A stretch of DNA of 64,000 nt. Origin: Bacteroidaceae bacterium. Its GTDB lineage: Bacteria; Bacteroidota; Bacteroidia; Bacteroidales; UBA932. The notes beneath the pieces are model-generated. The model was not told the DNA's origin. It did not search any database and worked only from the letters and a program-made list of their open reading frames with translations. Both the position numbers and the translations under genes were made by a program. This document shows positions 8,400-17,288 of this stretch, one piece after another. Numbering within the stretch: the stretch's first letter is position 1; each line of letters begins with the position of its first letter. The stretch spans positions 11,529 to 75,528 of the forward strand of contig CAVIHT010000007.1 in NCBI GenBank assembly GCA_963642795.1. The letters are read 5' to 3'.

Positions 8400-10370
8400 A
8401 TGTCACCGTCAGAAGTGTTGAAAGAATATTGGGGCTATGATGGCTTTCGTCCGATGCAGGAAGAGATCATCACCGCCGCCTTGGAAGGGAAGGATGTACT
8501 GGCCATCATGCCTACGGGCGGTGGCAAATCGGTTTGCTTTCAGGTCCCGGGTCTGATAAAGGACGGAATAACATTGGTTGTCACTCCGTTGATAGCCTTG
8601 ATGAAGGATCAGGTGCAGAACCTGAATGACAGGGGTGTCCGAGCTCTGGCGATCCACGCCGGAATGAGTCGGCACGAGGTCGATCTGGCCTTGAACAATG
8701 CTGCCTACGGGGATTACAAGTTCCTCTATCTGTCCCCGGAAAGACTTGGAACCCAATTATTTCAGTCTTACATCAATGTGCTTGATGTGAGTTTCATCGT
8801 GGTCGATGAGGCTCACTGCATCTCACAATGGGGGTATGATTTCAGGCCGGACTATCTGAAAATCGGCGGAATAAGGGAAAAACTGGACGCTCCCGTCATC
8901 GCACTGACCGCAACGGCGACACCGACGGTGGCTCAAGACATTATGGAGCGACTTGGCTTCAAGGAGAAACTCTTGCTCAAGAGCGGTTTCGAGAGGCCTA
9001 ACCTAAGTTACATAGTCCGTCAGGTTGAGGATAAATATTCACAGATCCTGAACATCTGTAACGGCGTGCCAGGAACAGGAATTGTCTATGCCCGCAACCG
9101 ACGCAAATGCGAGGAGCTTTCCTCATTCCTTCAGGCGCAGGGGGTGTCGGCGTCTTTCTACCATGCGGGGCTGGACGCTCAGGCGAGGGCGGAGCGACAA
9201 GCCGCATGGAAGAGCGGGGCGGTCAGGGTGATGGTCTGCACCAACGCCTTCGGCATGGGCATAGACAAACCTGATGTGCGTTTCGTGGTGCATTATGACC
9301 TCCCGGAGAGTCCGGAAGCGTATTTCCAGGAGGCAGGCCGCGCGGGGCGGGACGGCAAACGCTCGTTTGCGGTGCAGCTTTGGAACGGGGTGGATGTGCG
9401 GAGAGCCAAACAGATAGAAGATGTCTCCTTCCCCTCGCTTGAATATATCGAAGACATATACCAGAAACTTCATGTGTTCTTCGAGATTCCATACGACTGC
9501 GGAATCGGGAGGCAGCTGAAGTTCAGGATCGAGGATTTCTGTAAGCGGTTCGGCCTTCAGCGGGCTCCGGCGTTCTATGCGCTCAAATACCTTGAGCGGA
9601 CGGAGCATCTGACATATTCAGAAGAAGTTGACATTCCGACGAAGGTGAGGATCAATGTAGATCGTAAGGCTCTCTACGACATAGAGTTGGCGGATAGGGG
9701 ACAGGCGGCGGTCCTGGAGGCTCTGATGCGGAGCTACACGGGGATATTCTCATTCCTGCAGCGGATTGATGAGGAGTATGTCGCCCGCCGCGCCGGTCAG
9801 ACCGTCCCGCAGCTTCGGCAGTCGCTTTATGGCCTGTCGCTTGCCCATATCATAAGCTATGTGCCGACGGATCATTCCGATGTGGTCGTACTCCATCATG
9901 ATCGGCTGCGTCCCGGCAACGTCAACCTGATGCCGTCCCGCCATGCGATGCTGAAAGGAACGTACCACGACCGCGGCGCCGCGATGCTTGAATATGTAAG
10001 CGAGACTTCCGAGTGTCGTTCCCGTTATCTTCTCCGCTATTTCGGCCAGACCGAGACCACCGACTGCGGCACCTGTGATGTCTGCCGTGCCAGGCGCATT
10101 GCCACGCCGATTCCGGAGTCTGCGGAAGAGCCGGCTTCCGAGCCTGTCGAAGCGACCGTACCACCACGTACTCTCCAACAGATGACAAGGAGGAAGCTGA
10201 TTGAATATATCAACGGCAAGGATGGGAAATATTCCCTTGAAGAGATTGTCGCAGAGTTCGACAATCCCTCAAAGAACTATTCTCCCGACTATCTTGAAAT
10301 CCTTCGCGGACTCATTGACGACGGTGACGTTCCGATGTACGGTATTTACTCGATGACAAGGCCGTCGTAG
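8400..10370 (+). CDS. recQ: RecQ family ATP-dependent DNA helicase
   Basis: It has the DEAH box (VVDEAHCISQWGYDFRPDY), motif VI (QEAGRAGRDG) and RecQ zinc-binding cysteines (CRSRYLLRYFGQ...CGTCDVC). Confidence 0.9.
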   Translation: MSPSEVLKEYWGYDGFRPMQEEIITAALEGKDVLAIMPTGGGKSVCFQVPGLIKDGITLVVTPLIALMKDQVQNLNDRGVRALAIHAGMSRHEVDLALNNAAYGDYKFLYLSPERLGTQLFQSYINVLDVSFIVVDEAHCISQWGYDFRPDYLKIGGIREKLDAPVIALTATATPTVAQDIMERLGFKEKLLLKSGFERPNLSYIVRQVEDKYSQILNICNGVPGTGIVYARNRRKCEELSSFLQAQGVSASFYHAGLDAQARAERQAAWKSGAVRVMVCTNAFGMGIDKPDVRFVVHYDLPESPEAYFQEAGRAGRDGKRSFAVQLWNGVDVRRAKQIEDVSFPSLEYIEDIYQKLHVFFEIPYDCGIGRQLKFRIEDFCKRFGLQRAPAFYALKYLERTEHLTYSEEVDIPTKVRINVDRKALYDIELADRGQAAVLEALMRSYTGIFSFLQRIDEEYVARRAGQTVPQLRQSLYGLSLAHIISYVPTDHSDVVVLHHDRLRPGNVNLMPSRHAMLKGTYHDRGAAMLEYVSETSECRSRYLLRYFGQTETTDCGTCDVCRARRIATPIPESAEEPASEPVEATVPPRTLQQMTRRKLIEYINGKDGKYSLEEIVAEFDNPSKNYSPDYLEILRGLIDDGDVPMYGIYSMTRPS

Positions 10371-11287
10371 GCGGGACGGACGATGGAATTGATGTGGCGT
10401 TCTTGGCAAAGGGCTTCAAGGTCTTCGCTGAACCGGTCATGCCTTGGGAAGGTGTGGGACAGGTGTGTCAGCCATGTGTGTCCGGCACCGATCCGGCCGG
10501 CGATCTCAAGGGCTTCGTCGAGGCTGAAATGCGAGTGATGCTTCTTGTAGCCTACCGTGTTGAGGGTCACGTGCTTGAGTCCGGCAAGCTTTGCATATTC
10601 ACTTTCCGGGAGAGAACTCATGTCAGTTATGTAGGCGATGTCCCCGAAACGGAATCCGAGAACCGGAAGCCTGTCGTGCAGCCCGCGGATAGGGATGATC
10701 TCCACGCCGCCGGCGGGGGCTGACATCGAGGAGGTATCCGCCTTGTCAATGATGTCCTCCAGCTTGCGTCCGGTCGGAATCAGTCTTCCTTCAGGCGTCC
10801 GGTAATGGTAGCCGACGTCATGCACCCACACGAGTTCCATGTCCTTGGCGTTCGGATAGACCAGAAACGGATTCTCGTCGATCACATGAATGTGCCACTC
10901 CGGTGCCCCTGGATATTTCGGAAAAGCGAAAACGTAGGGATATTCCTTTATCAGCTCATCGAGGACATTCCGTTCGCAGTAGATTTCGGCGGCGCGCTTG
11001 TCGATGTAGTTGAGCGACCGCACATCGTCAAGGCCGCCGGTGTGATCCTTGTGGTTGTGTGTCAGCAGTATGGCGTCAAGGTGGCAAAGGTCGTGGGCGA
11101 GCATCTGCATTCTGAAATCAGGTCCGGCGTCCACAAGGATGTTCAACCCTCCATATTCGACGAACACCGAGGAGCGGAACCGCTTGTCCTTCGCGTCAGG
11201 GGATTTGCACACATCGCATTTGCAGCCGATGATCGGAACGCCCTGTGAGGTTCCGGTGCCAAGAAAAGTAAGCCTTGCCTTGTCCAT
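10346..11287 (-). CDS. MBL-fold metallo-hydrolase (PhnP-like)
   Basis: It contains the HxHxDH motif (LLTHNHKDHTGG) and the N-terminal LTFLGTGTSQGVP that is typical of the family. Possible starts are the ATGs at 11323, 11296 and 11287; I chose 11287 (MDKARLTFLG) by analogy to homologue N-termini. The 3' end overlaps the recQ 3' end by 25 bp. Confidence 0.75.
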   Translation of the reverse strand: MDKARLTFLGTGTSQGVPIIGCKCDVCKSPDAKDKRFRSSVFVEYGGLNILVDAGPDFRMQMLAHDLCHLDAILLTHNHKDHTGGLDDVRSLNYIDKRAAEIYCERNVLDELIKEYPYVFAFPKYPGAPEWHIHVIDENPFLVYPNAKDMELVWVHDVGYHYRTPEGRLIPTGRKLEDIIDKADTSSMSAPAGGVEIIPIRGLHDRLPVLGFRFGDIAYITDMSSLPESEYAKLAGLKHVTLNTVGYKKHHSHFSLDEALEIAGRIGAGHTWLTHLSHTFPRHDRFSEDLEALCQERHINSIVRPAYDGLVIE

Positions 11288-11326
11288 GATATTCATTTGT
11301 AAGTCGCTTGAAATTAAAACCATCCG

Positions 11327-12628
11327 TCAGATCGTGATGTCCTCGACCATATTCACAAGATCCGGGTCGTAAGGCCTCTCGACACGGATGTAGTTGCCGG
11401 TGTAGCCTCCCATGAGACCGCCTTTGACATCGGATTCCCAAAGCACCTGCGAGCGTCTCCCGCGGTTCCTTGCGACAAATTCCGAATGCAGCTCTTCGCA
11501 GAGGGCCTCCAGCCTCGCCACCCGTTCCGTCTTCACGGAATCCTTGACCTGATCCTTCCATCCGGCGGCCACAGTTCCCGGGCGGCGGGAATATGGGAAC
11601 ACGTGGATGAACGCCGGCCTGACTCGGTCCCGGAGGAATGAATATGTCTGTTCGAACAGGTCGTCCGTCTCTCCGGGCAGACCCGCGATGACATCTATGC
11701 CGAAAAACACGAATGGCTTCACGGTCTCTTCAGGCCGCGGATCCATCACTGAGCGGATGTAGTCGATCCTGTCGGCGAAGAACTCCGTCGTGTAACGGCG
11801 TCCGACTCTTTTCAGAATCGTGTCCGATCCGGACTGCAAAGGAATATGAAAGTGTGGCTGGAACTTTGTCCCCGAGGCTATCCAATCGATGATGTCTTCG
11901 GTGATTAGGTTCGGTTCGATGGACGAGATGCGGTAGCGTTCGATTCCGTCCACATCGTTCAGGCGTTTCAGCAGGTCGAGGAAACTTTCACCTGTCGTCC
12001 TGCCGAAGTCTCCGGTGTTGACCCCAGTGATGACTATCTCCTTGATCCCGGACCCGGCTATCTTCCGTGCCTGCTCCAGCACCTCTGAAATCGGGATGTT
12101 CCTTGAATTTCCCCTTGCGTAAGGCACAGTGCAGTAGGCGCAGAAGTTGTTGCATCCGTCCTGCACCTTGAGGAACGACCTCGTTCTCTCCTCCGAAGAG
12201 AACGCAGGCATCGTCTCCTTTGAGATTCTCTTGTACTCCGCCGCGCTCATCGGCTTCTCCGTTGTGATGTGTCCGTCGCCGGAAGCATTACGAATAAGAT
12301 TCATAGTCTCCGGAACCACCCGTGACTTCTCCTTGGCGCCGAACACGAGAGCGACACCCTCGATGGTCATCAAATCATTCCGGCGAAGCTCGGCGTAGCA
12401 GCCTGTCACGATGATCCTTGCCTCCGGTGAGGTGCGGTGCATCTTCCGGATCACATTCCTGCACTTCTTCTCAGCCCTTTCTGTGACAGAGCAAGTGTTG
12501 ATGAGATATACATCCGCCTTGTCCTCCCACGGCACAACCGTGAGACCGTTCGCCGCGAATCCCCTCTCGTAAGTCGAAGTCTCGGCGTAGTTCAGCTTGC
12601 AGCCGAGTGTCAAAAACGCTATCGTCAT
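11327..12628 (-). CDS. mtaB: tRNA (t6A37) methylthiotransferase MtaB (radical SAM)
   Basis: The track start at 12652 is GTG. The ATG at 12628 gives MTIAFLTLGCKLNYAETS. It has the methylthiotransferase (MTTase) N-terminal cysteines plus the radical-SAM motif CNNFCAYC. Confidence 0.85.
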   Translation of the reverse strand: MTIAFLTLGCKLNYAETSTYERGFAANGLTVVPWEDKADVYLINTCSVTERAEKKCRNVIRKMHRTSPEARIIVTGCYAELRRNDLMTIEGVALVFGAKEKSRVVPETMNLIRNASGDGHITTEKPMSAAEYKRISKETMPAFSSEERTRSFLKVQDGCNNFCAYCTVPYARGNSRNIPISEVLEQARKIAGSGIKEIVITGVNTGDFGRTTGESFLDLLKRLNDVDGIERYRISSIEPNLITEDIIDWIASGTKFQPHFHIPLQSGSDTILKRVGRRYTTEFFADRIDYIRSVMDPRPEETVKPFVFFGIDVIAGLPGETDDLFEQTYSFLRDRVRPAFIHVFPYSRRPGTVAAGWKDQVKDSVKTERVARLEALCEELHSEFVARNRGRRSQVLWESDVKGGLMGGYTGNYIRVERPYDPDLVNMVEDITI

Positions 12629-12629
12629 C

Positions 12630-13025
12630 CTAAAATTTCCATATTGGCTCACCGTACATGACAGTCACTCTGGACCATGCGCAGTTCCCGTTAACAGGCG
12701 GGTTTTTCTTTGAAACCCTTACCTTGCAAAATCGTATCTCTTTGAATTCTTTACTTATAGCTTCCAGAATCCTTCCCGCCACATTTTCCAGCAGGTTGGA
12801 CGGGATGGCCATCTGTTCCGCCACTATGTCGTAGATCCTTCCATAGTCAATGGTCTTGTTGAGCTGATCGGTCTTCACCGCCTTTTTCATTTCAGTCTCG
12901 GCATGGAAATCCACCACGAATGTGTTGCCTTCCTTCCGCTCTTTCTCCAGACACCCGTGAAAGGCGTGGAACTCCATCCCTTCAAGTTCTATTATTCCGT
13001 TGTAGCTCATATTTCGTAAATTCAT
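12630..13025 (-). CDS. folB: dihydroneopterin aldolase
   Basis: IELEGMEFHAFHGCLEKERKEGNTFVVDF matches the FolB signature region. The gene encodes about 130 aa. Confidence 0.85.
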   Translation of the reverse strand: MNLRNMSYNGIIELEGMEFHAFHGCLEKERKEGNTFVVDFHAETEMKKAVKTDQLNKTIDYGRIYDIVAEQMAIPSNLLENVAGRILEAISKEFKEIRFCKVRVSKKNPPVNGNCAWSRVTVMYGEPIWKF

Positions 13026-13038
13026 CTGTAAGTGACCT

Positions 13039-13758
13039 TCAGGCCAGCAGCAGGAAAACGCATGGCCGCTTCCCGATGGTGATAGGCGACCGCTTCCATT
13101 CCTTGACGCTTTTCGTAAGGATCGTCTCGTCAGGCAGTGTGATGTCGGCGGCGATGCAAAGCCTTGTCCCGGGTTGTAGCGTGGTAAGCAGGTCGGAGAG
13201 CATCGAATCGTTCCGGTACGGGGTCTCTATGAACATCTCCGTCTGGTGCAGCTGTGCGGAACGCCTCTCGATCTCCCTGATCTCTTTTCGTCGATCTTCG
13301 GTCTTCACCGGCAGATACCCGCAGAACGCGAAACTCTGCCCGTTGAGTCCCGAACCCATCAGCGCCAGCATCAGCGAGGACGGCCCGACCAACGGAACGA
13401 CCTGGATCCCATGACTATGACAGAGCGCCACCAACTGGGCTCCAGGATCCGCCACAGCCGGAAGGCCGGCCTCGGAAATCAACCCCACATCGGTCGGCGT
13501 ACCGTCCGGAGCCGAGAACATGTCCAGAAGAGCCTCCACATCTTTTGCGGAGGAGTGCTCGTTGAGTTCCCGAAGCTCAAGTTCTCCGATGTGTCCTCTC
13601 AGGCCTGCCGAGGAAAGATACCGACGCACGGTGCGCGTCTCTTCCACAACATATTTCCGGATGCTCTTGAGCCTGTCAAGCACCGGCTGCGGAATGACCT
13701 CCGCGGGATCATATTCCCCAAGAGGGGAAGGAATCAGATAGAGTCTGCCATTTGCCAT
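13039..13758 (-). CDS. tetrapyrrole-methylase-fold SAM-dependent methyltransferase (RsmI-like)
   Basis: It has the N-terminal LYLIPSPLGE and VVEETRTVRRYL (compare RsmI AEDTR), and encodes 239 aa. Confidence 0.7.
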   Translation of the reverse strand: MANGRLYLIPSPLGEYDPAEVIPQPVLDRLKSIRKYVVEETRTVRRYLSSAGLRGHIGELELRELNEHSSAKDVEALLDMFSAPDGTPTDVGLISEAGLPAVADPGAQLVALCHSHGIQVVPLVGPSSLMLALMGSGLNGQSFAFCGYLPVKTEDRRKEIREIERRSAQLHQTEMFIETPYRNDSMLSDLLTTLQPGTRLCIAADITLPDETILTKSVKEWKRSPITIGKRPCVFLLLA

Positions 13759-13765
13759 AATAGGA

Positions 13766-13773
13766 CAAATTTA
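13766..13773 (-). promoter_or_regulatory. -7 promoter box TAAATTTG only 7 nt from the start codon of the RsmI-like gene
   Basis: Exact TAnnTTTG match. The ATG is at 13756-13758, which implies a leaderless or near-leaderless mRNA. Confidence 0.4.
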
Positions 13774-13794
13774 CGAATATTGCCGAATTTAACT

Positions 13795-13802
13795 TAACTT
13801 TG
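13795..13802 (+). promoter_or_regulatory. -7 promoter box TAACTTTG upstream of the alkaline phosphatase gene
   Basis: Exact TAnnTTTG match, 19 nt upstream of the ATG at 13821. Confidence 0.45.
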
Positions 13803-13820
13803 CATGAAAGAAAAACTGTA

Positions 13821-14918
13821 ATGAAAAAGACAATCGCATTTGTTTTGTTGGCGGCCATTCTTGTCGCCCCAGTGGGAGCAAAGGACAAAACCCCGAAGGA
13901 TGAAAAGGTTAAGAATGTAATTTTGATTATCGGGGACGGAATGGGGCTGGCCGCGGCCGCCTCGTGGATGATTAGTCAGGACTATGCCCCGACATGTTTC
14001 GACAGGGCTCAGTACACCGGCGTGGTGAAGACATATTCGGCGAACAGCAGAACAACCGATTCCGCCGCCGCCTCGACGGCGATCGCCACCGGCAACAAGA
14101 CCAACAACGGGATGTTGGGAATGCTGCCTGACAGCACAAAACCTTCCAGCATCGCCAAACTTGCCAAGGATAAGGGACTCTCAACCGGAATCATCGCGAC
14201 CTCTTATGTGCTGGACGCCACGCCAGGAGGATTCTATGCCCATGTCGCCAATCGTAATGACAAGATGCAAATCGCGGAGGATTTGATCGCCTTCAAGCCG
14301 GACGTGATCCTGGGAGGTGGCCGTAAGTATTTCACGGAGAAGAAGTACACGGACGAGAACCTTATTGGCAAGGCGAAGGATGCCGGATTCACCTATGTGG
14401 AGACTCCTGAGGACTTCTATGCGACGCAGGGAACTCCTGTTCTCGGGCTTCTTGATCAAGAGGGTAGGGTCACGGCGACAGAGATGGACTCGAATCTTCT
14501 GCAGGACCTTGCAGGGCACACTTTCAGTCTCCTTGAAAAAAACAAAAAGGGCTTTTTCACGATGATCGAGGGTTCGCTTATTGACTATGCCGCCCACGCC
14601 AACAACACAGAGGAGCTGCTTTGGTGGATGGAGGAGTTCGACAAGGTTGTCAATGCCGCGTTTGACTACGCCGACACCCACAAGGGAACCCTTGTCATTG
14701 TCACCGCCGATCATGAGACGGGTGGAATCACCCTTGTTCCAGGCAGCAAGGATTTCACGAAAGGGGAGAGCGGGCTTGGAGTCAAATACTCTACGACAGG
14801 CCACACCGCCGTGCCTGTACTCCTGTACGCTTATGGTGCGTCCTCATGGAAGTTCAGCGGCGTGATGGAGAACACCGACATATTCAAGAGAATCAAAAGT
14901 GTCTTGATAGACAGATGA
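13821..14918 (+). CDS. alkaline phosphatase (PhoA family), secreted
   Basis: The track start at 13800 is TTG and lies inside the promoter box. The ATG at 13821 gives MKKTIAFVLLAAILVAPVGA (signal peptide). Family motifs present are IIGDGMG, DSAAASTAIATG (Ser nucleophile) and TADHETGG. Confidence 0.85.
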   Translation: MKKTIAFVLLAAILVAPVGAKDKTPKDEKVKNVILIIGDGMGLAAAASWMISQDYAPTCFDRAQYTGVVKTYSANSRTTDSAAASTAIATGNKTNNGMLGMLPDSTKPSSIAKLAKDKGLSTGIIATSYVLDATPGGFYAHVANRNDKMQIAEDLIAFKPDVILGGGRKYFTEKKYTDENLIGKAKDAGFTYVETPEDFYATQGTPVLGLLDQEGRVTATEMDSNLLQDLAGHTFSLLEKNKKGFFTMIEGSLIDYAAHANNTEELLWWMEEFDKVVNAAFDYADTHKGTLVIVTADHETGGITLVPGSKDFTKGESGLGVKYSTTGHTAVPVLLYAYGASSWKFSGVMENTDIFKRIKSVLIDR

Positions 14919-15041
14919 ACTTGAGCGCACTTTCGGTACTGTTCATAATCCTTCCGGCTTTCCGTCATCATCGGCCTTGCCGTCGCCGTCCTTTACCTCG
15001 TCCAACGTCTTGGGAGCTAACGGATGTAATACAAGTCGTGG

Positions 15042-16706
15042 CTATCTGGAAGGCTGAGAGTCTTCGTCAGATTGCTTTTCCTTGTACTTGAACCGGCGGA
15101 TCTTCTGTGTGGCCGTCTTCTCGAAGTTGTCCTTCATCGCCTCGACCTCGCCGATCTTGGACTGCTTGCTGACGTGCTTGTTGACATATTCAAGAACCGC
15201 ATCCTTCATTGACTGGAGGTTATCGAAGAATTTGTCCTCACGCTCCTGGTTCCAGTCCAGCACGTTGTCATCGAACTTGACAAGCGCGACCAGCTTGCCG
15301 TTCCTCTCGACCACGAGAGACTCATTCACCCCGGAGAAGGTGTTGATTACCTGCTCGATCTCCTCAGGATAGATGTTTTCCCCGGAAGGTCCGACTATCA
15401 TGTTCCCGAGCCTTCCCTTGATGAAGTAGCGTCCCTTGGAATCCTTGCTCGCAAGGTCGTTGGTGCGGAACCAACCATCGTCAGTGAGCACCGAGCGGGT
15501 CCTTTCCGGATCGCGGTAGTAGCCAAGCATCACGTTGTCACCTTTAGCGACAATCTCGCCCTCGCCGGTCTTCGGGTTCACGTTCTGAAGTTTGACTTCC
15601 ACATTGTAGGCCGGCACGCCGATGGAGCCGACCACGGTCTTGCCCACGCAGGCGTTTGTGATCAGTGGGGCGGTCTCGGTCAGACCGTAGCCGATGGCGT
15701 AAGGAAATCCGGCCTTGTTGAGGAAATCCTCCACGGTCGAGTCGAGTTTAGAACCGCCGATTCCGAAGAATTTCAGCTTGCCGCCGAATTTCTTGTAAAG
15801 TTTCTTCCCTACCATCCAGTACAAAATCCGCGGCGTGTGTTCTTCCATCCATGAAAGGATACGGCTCTTGTGGATTGTAGGTACGACACTGCTCTTATAG
15901 ACCTTCTCGATAATCAGCGGCACGGCGCACATGATTGTCGGGCGGATCTTTTTCATCGCATGCATCAGGATGCTCGGAGTAGGCGGTTTCTGAATATAAT
16001 AGACGCAGCCTCCGACAAACAGCGGGTAGAGCACGCTGAACGCCATCTCGTAGGTGTGAGACATCGGAAGGATCGAGAGCCAACGGTCCCGCTTTCCGGC
16101 TTTCTGGGCGTGGTAGGCGGCGATGATGTTCTGGCAGAAGTTGCGGTGGCTGAGCATCACGCCTTTTGCCTTGCCGGAAGTCCCTGAAGTGTAGATGATA
16201 GAGGCCAGGTCATCGGCCTGGGGATCGACTCCGTGTCCTTCGCAGGTGAACGCCCTGTCATCCTTCTTGATTAGCTCGAATGTCTCGATGTCAATCACGA
16301 GCGTCAGCTTGTCGATGATTTCCTGACTCAGTTTTCCGAGCTGTTTCTTGGACACGAAGATGGCCTTGCATTCCGAATGGTTGAGGATGTTGGTGACCTC
16401 GCTTTCGGAAGAGTCCGGGAGGATCGGGACGGTCACACGCCCGAACGGCACGCATGAGAACATCGCCACAGTCCAGTTGGGCATATTCCCGGAAAGGATA
16501 GCCACTTTGTCTCTCGCGCTGATTCCGAATCGGTTGAATCTGTGGGAAAGCTCCAGACAGGTGTGCTTGAAGCTTTCGTAGGTATATTCCTGACCTCCTT
16601 CCACGAAGCGTGACAGCGGCCTCTTGGCGTAGTTGTCGGTGGCATATTCAAATAGCTTGGCAAGGGTTGTTACATAGTTCTCCCTGCTTTGGCTGAAAAT
16701 CGGCAT
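15042..16706 (-). CDS. AMP-dependent synthetase / long-chain fatty acid-CoA ligase
   Basis: It carries the AMP-binding motif YTSGTSGKAKGV and GYGLTE, and encodes 554 aa. Confidence 0.85.
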   Translation of the reverse strand: MPIFSQSRENYVTTLAKLFEYATDNYAKRPLSRFVEGGQEYTYESFKHTCLELSHRFNRFGISARDKVAILSGNMPNWTVAMFSCVPFGRVTVPILPDSSESEVTNILNHSECKAIFVSKKQLGKLSQEIIDKLTLVIDIETFELIKKDDRAFTCEGHGVDPQADDLASIIYTSGTSGKAKGVMLSHRNFCQNIIAAYHAQKAGKRDRWLSILPMSHTYEMAFSVLYPLFVGGCVYYIQKPPTPSILMHAMKKIRPTIMCAVPLIIEKVYKSSVVPTIHKSRILSWMEEHTPRILYWMVGKKLYKKFGGKLKFFGIGGSKLDSTVEDFLNKAGFPYAIGYGLTETAPLITNACVGKTVVGSIGVPAYNVEVKLQNVNPKTGEGEIVAKGDNVMLGYYRDPERTRSVLTDDGWFRTNDLASKDSKGRYFIKGRLGNMIVGPSGENIYPEEIEQVINTFSGVNESLVVERNGKLVALVKFDDNVLDWNQEREDKFFDNLQSMKDAVLEYVNKHVSKQSKIGEVEAMKDNFEKTATQKIRRFKYKEKQSDEDSQPSR

Positions 16707-16718
16707 GATTCGTCTTTT

Positions 16719-17276
16719 TTAATGAGTGATGTAGCCTTCCGGGTGTTTGCCCTCAAAGTGCATGGTTTCGTAGATCGCCTGGATTCTGTCGGTGTCCGCT
16801 CTTGCATCGTCTGTCAGTTCGACTTTCTCGCCGATGCCGACACGTTTGCTCCTCCAGTCGAAGTAGCCCATGTAAACCGGGCATCCTACCTCTCTGGCGA
16901 TCAGGTGGTAGCCGGTCTTCCATTTTTTCACCGGCTTTCTGGTCCCTTCGGGAGCGATGGCAAGGTGGAACCGGTCTTCTTTCTCCATCTCTTCTATAAG
17001 GCTCTTGACCATGGCGGCCGCGCTGCCCCTGTCGACAGGGATGCAGCCGACCTTGCGGAGGAACACCCCGACCGGCCAGAAGAAAAACTCTTTCTTTATC
17101 ATGACATGCGCCGTCCGGTCAAACTGCGTGTAGAAAAGATAGGAGATGACAAAGTCCCACACAGATGTGTGAGGCACCCCGAGAATGATGCATTTGTTTT
17201 CCGGTGCCGGGCTGCCGACCGTCGTCCAGCCCATTTTTTTCAGCAACCAGCCGCAAAATTTTGCCCAGCGTGACAT
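16719..17276 (-). CDS. lysophospholipid (1-acyl-sn-glycerol-3-phosphate) acyltransferase family protein
   Basis: It has the HX4D motif (PHTSVWDF) and the IAPEGTR motif of the PlsC family. Confidence 0.8.
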   Translation of the reverse strand: MSRWAKFCGWLLKKMGWTTVGSPAPENKCIILGVPHTSVWDFVISYLFYTQFDRTAHVMIKKEFFFWPVGVFLRKVGCIPVDRGSAAAMVKSLIEEMEKEDRFHLAIAPEGTRKPVKKWKTGYHLIAREVGCPVYMGYFDWRSKRVGIGEKVELTDDARADTDRIQAIYETMHFEGKHPEGYITH

Positions 17277-17288
17277 ATTCTTTGAATA

